The notes: generated by a model not told the origin, from the sequence alone. A stretch of 64,000 bases of DNA from Nitrosarchaeum sp. (GCA_965223865.1 OZ245020.1:320001-384000), one strand, 5' to 3'. Shown: positions 1 to 10,872, counted from the stretch's first letter. Numbers and translations are program-made.

Positions 1-302
1 GTCAACAGATTATTAAAAAAGGATTAGAAGAAATGTTAGCCAAAAAAAATATTGATGTTATAACCTTATCAAGTACACATCTACCATTTTTAAAAACTAT
101 GTTAGAAAGACAATTTCCAAAAATAACTTTTATTGATCCAGCAAATTCAATCGCGAAGAAAGTTTATCAAAAAATTAAAAGTAATCAAGAAAACCAAAAT
201 AAATTAAAAATATTTAGTTCAGGAGATGTAAAAAAATTTCAAAAAAATCTTTACAAACTCGGAATAAAAAACAAAGTTAACTTTTTGTCGATTTCGTCTT
301 AG
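1..302 (+). CDS. murI: Glutamate/aspartate racemase family protein, C-terminal part (runs off the window start)
   Basis: IDVITLSSTHLPFL...FIDPA resembles the racemase D-x-LILGCTHYP...IDS motif; the frame is open to the window edge. Confidence 0.7.
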   Translation, partial: QQIIKKGLEEMLAKKNIDVITLSSTHLPFLKTMLERQFPKITFIDPANSIAKKVYQKIKSNQENQNKLKIFSSGDVKKFQKNLYKLGIKNKVNFLSISS

Positions 303-1053
303 ATTTTCTATGTCCATGACTAAATGTTTTATCATAGAGCTTAGAATACTCATACGATTTTGGCTGAATTACATCACTAATTATTATAATTGCAGTTCGG
401 GTAATTTTTTCATCATAAATTTTTTTTACAATGTCATTTAATGTTCCTTTGATTATCTTTTGATCATCCCAGGATGCTCTATAAACTACAGCTACTGGAG
501 TTGATTTTTTGTAACCTCCAGATATTGCTTCAGTTACAAGCTTGGGCAGGAGATGTACGCTAAGATAGAAGATCAATGTTGCTTTGTGTTTAGCAAGCTC
601 TGAAATTTTTTCACGTTTTGGTACTTTAGTTCTAGATTCTGCTCTTGTTAGAATTATTGTTTGAGTTATACCAGGAAGTGTTAACTGGGTCCCAAGTGCA
701 GCAGCCGAGGCCAAAAATGCTGTAACTCCAGGAACAACTGTGGATTTGATGCCTTTTTTCTCTAAATTATCAATCTGTTCTTTAATTGCCCCATAAATTG
801 ACGGATCACCGTCGTGTAATCTTACAACTATTTTTTCTTTTTTTGCATTTTTGTACAGCAAATCAAAAATTTCCTCTCTTACCAATTTTGCAGCATCATA
901 GAGTTTGCCCTTTTTACAAAGTTTCAAAATAGGTTGAGGAATTAATGAACCTGAATAAACTACAACATCTGCTTTTTGAATCAGTTTTTTGGCCTTAATT
1001 GTGATAAGTTCAGGATCGCCAGGACCACATCCAACAAAAAAAACATTAGACAC
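277..1053 (-). CDS. cbiF: Precorrin-4/cobalt-precorrin-4 C11-methyltransferase
   Basis: VGCGPGDPELIT, RLHDGDPSIYG and VVYRASW motifs; adjacent to other cbi genes. Confidence 0.93.
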   Translation of the reverse strand: MSNVFFVGCGPGDPELITIKAKKLIQKADVVVYSGSLIPQPILKLCKKGKLYDAAKLVREEIFDLLYKNAKKEKIVVRLHDGDPSIYGAIKEQIDNLEKKGIKSTVVPGVTAFLASAAALGTQLTLPGITQTIILTRAESRTKVPKREKISELAKHKATLIFYLSVHLLPKLVTEAISGGYKKSTPVAVVYRASWDDQKIIKGTLNDIVKKIYDEKITRTAIIIISDVIQPKSYEYSKLYDKTFSHGHRKSKTKSTKS

Positions 1054-1768
1054 GCTTTATCACCAATATTGAAAAATATTTTGTAGTTAATGTGTCATCA
1101 TTAACTTCACCTAGCTTCATTTTTTTAATAACCTCATTTTCAGTCCCAAGATCCTGTCCTATCGCAAATATTGAATCATTTGGAAAACCTGATTCTTTTA
1201 ACAACTCTATTACTTGATCAAAATATCTACCATCTTTAAGAAATATCATAGTCTCAGAATTTTTTGCAATTTCTTTTACTGTAGTTAAGTCATAACAAGA
1301 GGGAATTATTGATACTTTTTCTGCACCTTCAGCAATACTGACTCCAACTTTGGAGGCAAAAGTAAACATTGAAACAATTCCAGGGATAACACTAATTTTC
1401 ATTTTTGGGTATTTTTCTTCAATTTCTCTATGCATGTATATCCATGTGCTGTATAGATATGGATCACCAACAGTAAGATAAACAACATTGTTACCAGACA
1501 AAACTTTTTCAGCCATTATCTTTGCATTTTTTTTCCAAGTTTTGACTAGAATATCTTTGTCTTTGGTCATTGGAAAAATTAGTTTAATGATTTTTTGATT
1601 TTTTGATTTTTCAATTAATGAAGAAACCACAGAGAGAGCTATACTCGGTCTATCTTCTTTAGAAGCTGGACACATAATGACATCAGCATTTTGGATTGCC
1701 TTTACTGCCTTGACAGTAAGAAGTTCAGGATCGCCAGGACCAACACCAATTCCAACTAATTCAGGCAT
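1046..1768 (-). CDS. cbiL: Precorrin-2/cobalt-factor II C20-methyltransferase
   Basis: GIGVGPGDPELLTVKA, FPMTKD and GDPYLYST motifs. Confidence 0.92.
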   Translation of the reverse strand: MPELVGIGVGPGDPELLTVKAVKAIQNADVIMCPASKEDRPSIALSVVSSLIEKSKNQKIIKLIFPMTKDKDILVKTWKKNAKIMAEKVLSGNNVVYLTVGDPYLYSTWIYMHREIEEKYPKMKISVIPGIVSMFTFASKVGVSIAEGAEKVSIIPSCYDLTTVKEIAKNSETMIFLKDGRYFDQVIELLKESGFPNDSIFAIGQDLGTENEVIKKMKLGEVNDDTLTTKYFSILVIKRV

Positions 1769-1804
1769 GAAAAGTATGATTTTCTTCCCAATTAAAAAGC
1801 TAGA

Positions 1805-2395
1805 TTATTTTTTTGTGGCAGAAATAATAGTTACTGGATTACGTGATAGCATCATAGTTCCAGTAGATGTTTTTCGGCTTTTTGATATTGTTACTTGTGT
1901 GATATCTACTGAATCAAAATCAAATTTGTTAAGAATTTGTAAAATTGAGTATAATGTTTCAATTAAAATTATTCCAATAACTATTCTGCCACCAGATTTC
2001 AATTTACTCTGGCATTTTTCTACAATTTCTTGTGAATCTCCCCCTGTGCCCCCAACAAAAATTACATCTGCCTTTTCTAAGTTCAAAATTTTTTCGGTTG
2101 CATTTCCATAAATCACTGTAACATTTGTTAGACCAAATTTTTCGATGTTTTTCTTTGTAAGATTCACTGCATTAGTATCATAATCGATTGCAACTACTTT
2201 TCCAGAACTTTCAACCTGTAAAGCAGATTCAATAGAAATAGAACCACTTCCACAACCAATATCATAAACAGTTTGTCCTGGACGTAATCTCCCTTTGCTG
2301 ATTTGAATAGTTCGAACTTCTTCTTTGGTGATTGGAACCTTCTCTGTTCGTTCAAATGCCTCATCTGGTATTCCGGGAGTTTTAAAATTCCACAT
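1805..2395 (-). CDS. cbiT: Cobalt-precorrin-6B C15-methyltransferase (decarboxylating)
   Basis: PGIPDEAF, PITKEEVR and DIGCGSGSISIE motifs. Confidence 0.93.
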   Translation of the reverse strand: MWNFKTPGIPDEAFERTEKVPITKEEVRTIQISKGRLRPGQTVYDIGCGSGSISIESALQVESSGKVVAIDYDTNAVNLTKKNIEKFGLTNVTVIYGNATEKILNLEKADVIFVGGTGGDSQEIVEKCQSKLKSGGRIVIGIILIETLYSILQILNKFDFDSVDITQVTISKSRKTSTGTMMLSRNPVTIISATKK

Positions 2396-2419
2396 AAGAT
2401 TAGACCAACATTATTAGGA

Positions 2420-2908
2420 CTATGGCAGAGGCGAAGGAATTACTGTAGCTACATTACTTCCATGAACTAATGTATTAGTCAAAACCCAGACGAACAGGTA
2501 AATGAAAATATAACTTCCAATTGCTTGAGTAACAATTTTCTTCCTATCTGAAGATGGTAATTGTATTTTCATTCCTTTTGCAATTACTATAGTTACCATA
2601 AAGACTATAATCATAAATCCAATGGATGTCCATCTTTTTTCTTCCATGTTTGCTATATCATCAAAGATAAAAGTTGCAGCAGTACCTGCAATTACTGCAA
2701 AACCTACACGTAGCCAAAATAATTTGTTTAATTTTTTGTCTTTTTCACTCTTTTCAGCCTGATTTTCAACGGGTACAGAGGGTGGATTATCAGGTTCTTT
2801 GGATTCTATAGGCTCTGTTTCAGGAATTTCTTTTTCCTCAACTGGTTCTTTTTTAGAGTCATCAGGTCCAGGAGTGGGTTTGGATTTTTTCTTTTTGAAT
2901 TTGGCCAA
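2420..2908 (-). CDS. Hypothetical membrane protein (charged N-terminus, about 3 TM helices)
   Basis: 162-aa ORF with hydrophobic C-terminal segments. Confidence 0.7.
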   Translation of the reverse strand: MAKFKKKKSKPTPGPDDSKKEPVEEKEIPETEPIESKEPDNPPSVPVENQAEKSEKDKKLNKLFWLRVGFAVIAGTAATFIFDDIANMEEKRWTSIGFMIIVFMVTIVIAKGMKIQLPSSDRKKIVTQAIGSYIFIYLFVWVLTNTLVHGSNVATVIPSPLP

Positions 2909-3007
2909 GTGAATTTCTAGCCTGACTCAACCAAGCCTCGTTTAAAATCTTTGGTCACTAATGAAACCATAATTATAGCAAGAGTATAATTTCAGTCACA
3001 AAAAAAC

Positions 3008-4930
3008 TTGGTTATGCCACTTGCGGGAATTGAACTTCGTTATCTAGTGGATCAAATCACAAAAGAGGTTCAAGATTACTATGTAAGTAACATTTATGGA
3101 ATTACAAAAGACAGTATTCTATTCAAGTTACATCATACTGAAAAACCAGATATTTTCATGATGGTCTCAACCGTTGGAGTTTGGCTAACCTCAGTTAAAA
3201 TAGATCAGATGGAGCCAAACCGACTACAAAAAAGATTAAGAAATGATCTTCTCCGATTAAAATTAAAGAAGATAGAGCAAATAGGTGCAGAAAGGGTAGC
3301 ATATTTTACTTTTGCAGGATTTGATAAAGAATTCGTTATTGTTGGAGAATTTTTTGGCGATGGAAATATTTTACTCTGTAACAACAAAATGAAGATTTTA
3401 GCATTACAACATTCAATTGATGTAAGACATAGAAAATTGGGAGTGGGTTTAGAATATGTCCCTCCACCAACAATCGGATTAGATATTTTTAATATTTCTG
3501 AATCAGATTTTGATGAAGTTAGAACATCTGATTTGGTTTGTGTAAAATGGATCGGAAGAACATTAGGTTTGCCTAAAAAATATGCAGAAGGAATTTTTGA
3601 AATTGCCAAAATTGATTCAAAAAAATTGTGCAATGAGTTGACTGATGAAGAAATAAAAAAAATTTATGAGGTTACAAAAAAAATTGTTACAGACGTTAAA
3701 ACAGGAAAACATGAACCAATCATAGTTCAAAATGAAAAAACAGAAGTTTTGCCTATTAATTTAAGTAAATTAGGAGAAAATGTAACTCGAGTCAATAGTT
3801 TCATTGAGGGATTAGATACTGTTTTTACAGAAAATCTTGTTGAAGCAGGAAAATCAATCCAATCAAGTAGTTCTGAAAAAAAGATAAAAGAACTTGAAAG
3901 TCAAATTGCAGAACAAGAAAAGGCAGTTGAAACGGTTAAAGAAAAATCTAATCACATAACAAAAGTTGCAAATTCACTTTTTGAGATGGTATCAAAGGGA
4001 ATTTTGTCCATAGAAGATCCCAAGGCTCAGGATATACTAACGAATGTTAATTCAAAATTTACCAAAGAAAAAGGGATTTCATTAATTATTATTAATGACC
4101 AAAAAATTCAGATAAACTCTAAATCTCCATTACAATCTATTGCCTCAATTTTATTCAATGAGGCAAAGCGTCAATCTGGAGCAATAAAATCAATTGAACA
4201 AATTAAAGAAAAAACACTAGCAAAATTAGAAAAATTGCAAAATAAAAAAGAATTGGAAAAAAATATGATAATAGTATCTGATATTAGGAAAAAAAATTGG
4301 TATGAAAGATACAGGTGGTTTTTTACATCAGATGGATTGCTAGCAATTGGAGGCCGTGACGCAGCGTCAAATTCTGCTGTTGTAAGGAAACATCTTGGAA
4401 AAAATGATAAAATTTTTCATGGTGAGATTCATGGTTCTCCATTTTTTATTTTAAAGAATGCAGAAGAGCCTCCCATTTCAAGCATGAATGAAGTTGCACA
4501 TGCGACAGCATGTTTTAGCAGAGCATGGAGAGAGGGTATGCATGGTCTTAAAACATATTGGGTAAATCCAGACCAAGTAAAAAAATCAGCCCCAAGTGGA
4601 CAATTTCTTCCTAAGGGATCATTTACCATTGAAGGAAAAAGAAACTTTATTGGAGTTCCATCTTTAAAATTGGCGGTAGGAATAATTCCTCAGGAAGAAC
4701 ATTATCTCCTAACGTGCGGGCCTCCAGAACCAATCAAGATGAAATCAATATGTTATGCAATAATTGAACCACATGGTTCTGAGATGGTAGAGGTGGCAAA
4801 AAAGATCAAGATGGAATTTTCAAAGTTAGAAGAAGAAATTTCTAAAAATATTACGATAGATGATTTTGTTAGAGTTCTTCCTGCAGGACAAAGTCAAATT
4901 AAAGAAGTTGCTTTAGGAAATGCTTCGTAA
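3008..4930 (+). CDS. rqcH: Ribosome quality-control protein RqcH/aRqcH (NEMF/NFACT family)
   Basis: N-terminal NFACT-N (EFFGDGNILL), coiled coil, NFACT-R motif WYERYRWFFTSDGLLAIGGRDA and KSAPSGQFLPKGSF. Confidence 0.9.
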   Translation: MVMPLAGIELRYLVDQITKEVQDYYVSNIYGITKDSILFKLHHTEKPDIFMMVSTVGVWLTSVKIDQMEPNRLQKRLRNDLLRLKLKKIEQIGAERVAYFTFAGFDKEFVIVGEFFGDGNILLCNNKMKILALQHSIDVRHRKLGVGLEYVPPPTIGLDIFNISESDFDEVRTSDLVCVKWIGRTLGLPKKYAEGIFEIAKIDSKKLCNELTDEEIKKIYEVTKKIVTDVKTGKHEPIIVQNEKTEVLPINLSKLGENVTRVNSFIEGLDTVFTENLVEAGKSIQSSSSEKKIKELESQIAEQEKAVETVKEKSNHITKVANSLFEMVSKGILSIEDPKAQDILTNVNSKFTKEKGISLIIINDQKIQINSKSPLQSIASILFNEAKRQSGAIKSIEQIKEKTLAKLEKLQNKKELEKNMIIVSDIRKKNWYERYRWFFTSDGLLAIGGRDAASNSAVVRKHLGKNDKIFHGEIHGSPFFILKNAEEPPISSMNEVAHATACFSRAWREGMHGLKTYWVNPDQVKKSAPSGQFLPKGSFTIEGKRNFIGVPSLKLAVGIIPQEEHYLLTCGPPEPIKMKSICYAIIEPHGSEMVEVAKKIKMEFSKLEEEISKNITIDDFVRVLPAGQSQIKEVALGNAS

Positions 4931-5411
4931 AAAAGAAATAACTTTTTTTGTTGATGCAATGTTAGGAAATATTGCTAAAAAATTAAGGCTGTTAGGATAT
5001 GATTCTAAATATTTTTCAGATATTGATGATGAACAACTTATTGGTATTGCAAAAAAAGAAGATAGAATAATAATTTCAAAAGATGAAAATCTTATCAAAA
5101 AGGCCAAAAAATTGGGGTTGAAACCCATCTTTATAATGGAAAACAAAGAGATAGAGCAGTTTCTTGAAATAATTAACCAAGTGAATTTGAATATTTCTCA
5201 AATAAGTGGCGATACTGCAAGATGTCCAAAATGTAATTCTTATACTGAACTAGTAGACAAAGAATTCATAAAAGAAAAAGTTCCACAGGGAGTATATCAA
5301 ATAAATGGAAAATTTTGGAGATGTGGTACCTGTAATCAAGTATATTGGGAAGGCACACATATTAAAAATCTTCAAAAATTTCTAGGTAAGATAAATGAAA
5401 GACTACAATAA
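4920..5411 (+). CDS. Mut7-C (PIN-like) RNase domain protein with Zn ribbon
   Basis: FFVDAMLGNIAKKLRLLGYD, RCPKCN and CGTCNQVYWEGTH motifs. Confidence 0.88.
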   Translation: MLRKKEITFFVDAMLGNIAKKLRLLGYDSKYFSDIDDEQLIGIAKKEDRIIISKDENLIKKAKKLGLKPIFIMENKEIEQFLEIINQVNLNISQISGDTARCPKCNSYTELVDKEFIKEKVPQGVYQINGKFWRCGTCNQVYWEGTHIKNLQKFLGKINERLQ

Positions 5412-6006
5412 TCTATCAACAGAAGATGGTACGGTTCTAGTAAAAACCGCAAGAGATGTAGTTACTATGTATCTAAATACTGATTCGAAACTAAATCTAG
5501 AAAAACAATTCCAAGAAGATTTTTCTTTTAATTCTGGAATATTTGTAACATTGAATAACTCTTCGGGTTTAAGAGGTTGTATTGGATATCCTCTTCCTGA
5601 CAAAAAATTATTCAACGCATTAGAAGAAGCTGCAATTGCTGCTGCGACAGAAGATCCAAGATTTCCCCCGGTAAAATCTGAAGAACTAAAATCAATAAAA
5701 TTTGAAGTAACTATTCTAACTCCACCTGAAACAATTTTAGTTGATGAACCTGAAGAATATATTTCCAAGATAAAAGTAGGAAGAGATGGTCTTATTGTAA
5801 GAAATGGATTTAATTCAGGATTGCTTTTGCCTCAAGTGCCAGTAGAATACAATTGGAATGAAAAAGAGTTTTTGGAACACACATGTGAAAAAGCAGGATT
5901 ACCAAAAGATTATTGGAAGAACCCCAATACAGAAATTCAAAAATTTGAAGGAATTGTTTTCAAAGAAGAAAAACCAAATGGTCAAGTTATTCAAGAAAAG
6001 ATATAG
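5395..6006 (+). CDS. AMMECR1 domain protein
   Basis: GIFVTL, LRGCIG, AATEDPRFPPV and GLLLPQV motifs. Confidence 0.92.
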   Translation: MKDYNNLSTEDGTVLVKTARDVVTMYLNTDSKLNLEKQFQEDFSFNSGIFVTLNNSSGLRGCIGYPLPDKKLFNALEEAAIAAATEDPRFPPVKSEELKSIKFEVTILTPPETILVDEPEEYISKIKVGRDGLIVRNGFNSGLLLPQVPVEYNWNEKEFLEHTCEKAGLPKDYWKNPNTEIQKFEGIVFKEEKPNGQVIQEKI

Positions 6007-6379
6007 GATTTGAAGATTCTGTATCTATAGAGACTTTTTGTCCATTTTGAAATGAAGAAAATTCTTCATCATTTATTAAAACAAGTGGAATATTTGCAAG
6101 AGCACATCCTGTTGCAACAGTAAGATCAGCTTTTTGGCAAATCATTGCAAGAGGAGCAGAATTATTGGATTTAACAGAATAGATAGTATATGCACCTACA
6201 CTACTTCCTATACCAGAAGGAAAAACTAGGACAGTGTTTTTGATTGATTTTTCATATAATTCATGATTTTTATCGCTAATTATTCCGGTTTTTTTGTCAA
6301 CCGTGCCTAGAAAATTAATGGGATCATTAGATTTGAGAATAATTCCTTGAGTTTTTCCTTTTACAAGAATTTTTTTCAT
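5987..6379 (-). CDS. Aconitase X swivel subunit (DUF126; probable phosphomevalonate dehydratase small subunit)
   Basis: FLGTVDKKTGII and GIGSSVGAY motifs; overlaps its DUF521 partner. Confidence 0.85.
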   Translation of the reverse strand: MKKILVKGKTQGIILKSNDPINFLGTVDKKTGIISDKNHELYEKSIKNTVLVFPSGIGSSVGAYTIYSVKSNNSAPLAMICQKADLTVATGCALANIPLVLINDEEFSSFQNGQKVSIDTESSNPISFLE

Positions 6380-7536
6380 TTTGTTTCGTCTTCAACTATT
6401 TGCGAAAGTGGTTTAAGATTTACACCTACACCATTTGAATTGTTGAGGTAAAATGCACCTTTGATGCTGTTAGTAGTTACTGCATCAATATCATCTTTAC
6501 TAATTAATGGGGTAAGACAAGTACAACAATCAGAAAGAATTTCACATCCTGCTCTTTCAAGCTCATTTGTATAACCAATTTTTCTTGCTTGTTCTTTAAC
6601 AGATCTTGGGCAAAATATCATACATCTCTTTTTGAAAGATCTTCCTTTGAGTTTGCTGGCAAGATCAGAAATTTCTTCAATTCCTAATTGAGGACTGCCA
6701 AGTGTAATTAGATCACCTTTTTCAGCAGTATTTAGTTCATCATGAACATTCTGCATCTCCTTTTGGTCAAAATCTACTTTTTCACAATTAGTATCACCAT
6801 CATCAAAAATGAATTTTGCACATGTGCCAGATGTCCCCATTCCACCACATATGGCTTTACAACTTCGCCTATCCATTTCTCCAACTCCAGAAATGTTCAC
6901 TGAATTGTTTCCTACTTTGCCAGCAAAGAATCCGAGCATTCCGTAAGTTAACTCATTTGGATTGTCCACTCTCATTCTAATTGTAAGGTTAGGTGAGTCT
7001 TCCTTTCGTAGTGAAGAGTAGGGACTCTTTCCTGTAATTGCACTGGCAAGTGCGCTAAAGGCACTTTCTTTGTTTGTTTTTAGATTATCAAAAGAGTTTG
7101 CATGAATTGCGGCATTGCTTTCTGCAAATGATACTTGAGTTCCTTCTTTTGGAATATCAAAAATTTCATATGGAATACATGAGAATGAAGGAGTTACCCC
7201 CATTGTTTCATATGAATTTTTGATAGATAATTGCTTTGAGATAAAATTTTCATCTAAACCATAATTGGAGACATTGTCAATATCAAATCCCATGGGATTT
7301 AGAGTGGTCTTTACCTTAACTCTAGCCTCTTTACTTATACTTGCCAAAAATTCTTCACCCGCATCACCAATTGTGTTGTAATTTACGCCTGAAAGATGAG
7401 CCCACTCTATAGGAATTAGTTTCTCAGCGTCAGTTGCCTCTCCTGTTGCAACCAATATTCTATAGGCCATCTGCATAATTTCACCTTGCTCACCTTTTAG
7501 TGCAGATTCTTCTTCTCTTGTTAGCTCCACTAGCAC
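6376..7536 (-). CDS. Aconitase X catalytic subunit (DUF521; probable phosphomevalonate dehydratase large subunit)
   Basis: AHLSGVNY, SCIPY, ESNA, LGSPQ and TNSIKG motifs. Confidence 0.88.
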   Translation of the reverse strand: MLVELTREEESALKGEQGEIMQMAYRILVATGEATDAEKLIPIEWAHLSGVNYNTIGDAGEEFLASISKEARVKVKTTLNPMGFDIDNVSNYGLDENFISKQLSIKNSYETMGVTPSFSCIPYEIFDIPKEGTQVSFAESNAAIHANSFDNLKTNKESAFSALASAITGKSPYSSLRKEDSPNLTIRMRVDNPNELTYGMLGFFAGKVGNNSVNISGVGEMDRRSCKAICGGMGTSGTCAKFIFDDGDTNCEKVDFDQKEMQNVHDELNTAEKGDLITLGSPQLGIEEISDLASKLKGRSFKKRCMIFCPRSVKEQARKIGYTNELERAGCEILSDCCTCLTPLISKDDIDAVTTNSIKGAFYLNNSNGVGVNLKPLSQIVEDETK

Positions 7537-7583
7537 TAGTTGATTATTACAGATATAATACTTGTACGTAAAATTTCATAGAG

Positions 7584-8237
7584 ATGAAAAAGATTCTGCG
7601 AGGAATGATAGATACTATGAATTCTGTAAAACCACCTAGGATGACTGCATTAAGAGAACTTCATGAAGCTGAAACAGGAAATCCATTTAGTATTTTAATT
7701 GGTACAATTTTATCTGCTAGAACTAAGGATGAAAATACCACAAAAGTTGTCAAAGTATTATTTGTAAAATACAAGAATGCAAAAGAACTTGCGGAGGCTA
7801 AAATTAGAGATGTTGAGAAAATTATAAAGTCAATTGGTTTCTATCATGTTAAATCAAAGAGAATAATTGAAGTTGCAAAGATTATTGATTCAAAATATAA
7901 TGGTAAAGTTCCAGATAACATGGATGAATTAGTAGAATTACCAGGAGTTGGACGAAAGACTGCAAACTGTGTATTAGTCTACGCATTTGAAAAACCTGCA
8001 ATACCTGTTGATATTCATGTGCATAGAATTTCAAATAGACTAGGTTTGGTTGAAACAAAAACACCAGAAGAAACGGAACAAGATCTTATGAAGAAAATTC
8101 CGAAAAAATATTGGATTGATATTAATGATACATTTGTGATGTATGGCCAAAATATTTGCAAGCCAGTCTCTCCAATGTGTGATGTTTGTAAAATAAAAAA
8201 GAACTGTAAATTCTACAAAACTAGGAACGTTTCTTAG
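7584..8237 (+). CDS. nth: Endonuclease III
   Basis: HhH motif LPGVGRKTA, VDIHVHR, and 4Fe-4S motif CxxxxxxCxxCxxxxxC. Confidence 0.95.
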   Translation: MKKILRGMIDTMNSVKPPRMTALRELHEAETGNPFSILIGTILSARTKDENTTKVVKVLFVKYKNAKELAEAKIRDVEKIIKSIGFYHVKSKRIIEVAKIIDSKYNGKVPDNMDELVELPGVGRKTANCVLVYAFEKPAIPVDIHVHRISNRLGLVETKTPEETEQDLMKKIPKKYWIDINDTFVMYGQNICKPVSPMCDVCKIKKNCKFYKTRNVS

Positions 8238-8901
8238 TTAGGTATAAGGCTCCAACTAGAATGCCAATCCCGGCAGCTACATAAAATGGAACTAATGCAA
8301 ATACGTTTCTTGCAGGATCACCTGAAAGAAATTCTACTGTCATTATTCCAGAGTTTACTGCAAAGGGATCAGAATAACTCTCCATTCCATATACGGAGTA
8401 GGAATCAAATGAAAATTTACCAATATCAAGATTAGAGACTACGATTCTGGCACCGTTATTTACTGTCAATCCTGCCCTTTCAGTATAAGAAACGATTACT
8501 TTGGCTTCTGGAAACCATCCACGCTCTAGATTACTATGAACTACAATATACCCTTCTTTTGGAGTCTGAACTGCAACCCAGAATTTATGTTCTGGTTGAG
8601 CACCCATACCTACTTCGACTATTTTGTAGGGATCTTCTACATCATAAATTCTCAAAACTGCATTACCATTAGGATTTGCATATAGAAGATTGTTGTCAAT
8701 GGTTGCCTGCCAACTTACAGCATGTTCCTTTTCCATTTGAACTATAGTGGTATCTCGTGAAATTTTATTAAATTCATCAGCAGGAATATCAATTGTTTCT
8801 ATAAGTAGTGATGGATTTTTTTGTTCTTGAGCCATTGCAGGATAAACAAAAAATGCTGAAAATACAATCAACATAATTAGATATTTCACAAGCAAAGTCA
8901 C
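8221..8901 (-). CDS. Hypothetical secreted, C-terminally anchored protein
   Basis: Signal peptide plus C-terminal TM helix and basic tail. Confidence 0.7.
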   Translation of the reverse strand: MTLLVKYLIMLIVFSAFFVYPAMAQEQKNPSLLIETIDIPADEFNKISRDTTIVQMEKEHAVSWQATIDNNLLYANPNGNAVLRIYDVEDPYKIVEVGMGAQPEHKFWVAVQTPKEGYIVVHSNLERGWFPEAKVIVSYTERAGLTVNNGARIVVSNLDIGKFSFDSYSVYGMESYSDPFAVNSGIMTVEFLSGDPARNVFALVPFYVAAGIGILVGALYLTKKRS

Positions 8902-8919
8902 ATCAAAGTGAATAAAAAT

Positions 8920-10062
8920 CTAATCAACAAATGGATGAGTCGAATCCAAAATTACTTTTGATACTTCAGGTCTCAAGATAAATTCAGATGGAGCTTGACC
9001 ATTTTGAATCATCTCTCGTAATTTTGTACCGCTTATCTGTTCTTTTGCATCATCATCATGTGGACATGCTTTAGGGTTTGTGTATGTCAAACATTTTCTG
9101 CAATAGAAAAATGCTGGGAAGAAAACTGGGGAAATTTCTAATTCTGGGTAATTATCAAAGATTTTCTGTGCAGCAAATGGATCATAGAATTTTCCAACTC
9201 CAGCATGATCTCTACCTATTATAATGTGTGTGCATCCATAGTTTTGTCTCATAATTGCGTGATGAATTGCTTCTTTCGGTCCTGCATATTTCATTTCAGT
9301 ATGTAAAGTTCCTAATTGACATCTATTTTCTGGATAATAATGCTTAATCATTGTTTCATAACATTTTACAATCACTTCATCAACAAAATCACCAGATTTC
9401 TTCTTTCCAATGATTGGATTTACAAACACTCCATCTCTTGTAGTAATAGATGTCTTTTGTAGCATTTCATGTGCTACATGTGGTGGATTTCGTGTTTGAA
9501 ATGCTACAATAGTCTTCCATCCAGCTTTTGCAAATCTTTCCCTAGTTTCTAGAGGCGAAAGTCGATATTTTCTAATTTCTGTTTCTTCTGGTCTTTGAAT
9601 AAAGTCAATTTTTCCACTTACTAGATAGTCTTGCATAGAAAATGTTTTTGCTACACCAGGATGTGAGGAATCAGTTGTTCCATAAACTCCTTTTGCAGTG
9701 TTTTCTTTATCGAAAGTAAAGGTCTCCTCAACATATAAAATTGCAACGCCGACTCCTTGAGGATTTTTTAATAAAATATCTCCAGATTCTTTAATTTTGG
9801 AAGCAGTTCCTTCATCAACATCTAACACCGTAGGAATGGTCCATGCTAGATCGTTTGATAATCTACCTTTTGAAACTACATTCTCAAAATCTTGTTGTCC
9901 TAAGAATCCTTCAAGTGGGCTAAAAATTCCATCAGCTATGTTTTCAACATCATTTGCAAGATCTTCTGTAATTGTAATAGATGATAATCCTGTTGGATCG
10001 GCTTTTGTTATTCTGTTAACTAGATTTCCACCATGTGGTTTAATTGAATAATTTTCTGACAT
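8920..10062 (-). CDS. sat: Sulfate adenylyltransferase (ATP sulfurylase)
   Basis: [20 protein letters not shown] and ISGTKLR motifs. Confidence 0.96.
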   Translation of the reverse strand: MSENYSIKPHGGNLVNRITKADPTGLSSITITEDLANDVENIADGIFSPLEGFLGQQDFENVVSKGRLSNDLAWTIPTVLDVDEGTASKIKESGDILLKNPQGVGVAILYVEETFTFDKENTAKGVYGTTDSSHPGVAKTFSMQDYLVSGKIDFIQRPEETEIRKYRLSPLETRERFAKAGWKTIVAFQTRNPPHVAHEMLQKTSITTRDGVFVNPIIGKKKSGDFVDEVIVKCYETMIKHYYPENRCQLGTLHTEMKYAGPKEAIHHAIMRQNYGCTHIIIGRDHAGVGKFYDPFAAQKIFDNYPELEISPVFFPAFFYCRKCLTYTNPKACPHDDDAKEQISGTKLREMIQNGQAPSEFILRPEVSKVILDSTHPFVD

Positions 10063-10071
10063 ACTAACCCC

Positions 10072-10788
10072 TTACTTATGGTCTATATGAAGGCCACACT
10101 CTTTATGTTCACCTTGTTCCCACCACCAACGACCTGCTCTAAGATCTTCTCCTGGTTTGATTGGTCTAGTACAAGGTTCACAGCCAATACTTGGATATCC
10201 CTTGTCTAGAAGACTGTTGTATGGAAGATCATTTTCTTTGATATAATCTTGAATATTTTTCCAAGTCCAATCAATAATTGGATTAATTTTCAAAATTCCT
10301 CCGTGTCCGTGATCAATTTGAAAGATATTCACCTCTTTTCTAACTTCAGTTTGGTCGCGTCTTAATCCAGTAATCCAACCATCAAGTGTACTCAGCATTC
10401 GATTAATAGGATGAACTTTTCGAATTTCACAGCATAATTTTCTATTCTCAATGCTCTCATAGAAGAGATTCATGCCTTTTTCTTTAACCATATCTTCAAC
10501 TTCTTTAGTATCAGGAAATAAAACCTCGATTGAAATATTGTACTTTTTTCTCACCGTATCCATAATGTCATAAGTCTCTTGGGGCAGTCTACCAGTATCT
10601 AAGGTAAAAAATCTAAATTTTGGGTTAATCTTTAGCATAATGTCCATAATTACTGCATCCTCAGCTCCAAAACTAGATGCCTTGGCAACTTTGGGATGAA
10701 GATTATCAGATGTCCATTGAAGAGCTTCTTCAGTAGTCTTTATTTTTGCATTTAGCTCATCAACCTCATCTTGGGTAAATTTTGTCAT
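10072..10788 (-). CDS. cysH: APS/PAPS reductase, Fe-S-binding (APS) type
   Basis: LDTGRL, CCEIRK, SIGCEPCT and C-terminal ECGLH motifs. Confidence 0.93.
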   Translation of the reverse strand: MTKFTQDEVDELNAKIKTTEEALQWTSDNLHPKVAKASSFGAEDAVIMDIMLKINPKFRFFTLDTGRLPQETYDIMDTVRKKYNISIEVLFPDTKEVEDMVKEKGMNLFYESIENRKLCCEIRKVHPINRMLSTLDGWITGLRRDQTEVRKEVNIFQIDHGHGGILKINPIIDWTWKNIQDYIKENDLPYNSLLDKGYPSIGCEPCTRPIKPGEDLRAGRWWWEQGEHKECGLHIDHK

Positions 10789-10872
10789 AAAAACAATTGA
10801 TTGATTTGTTTTATATTGATTACCCGAAGTTTTGACCTAAATTATAAACAGGGATGTTGGAAAAAAGAAAAG

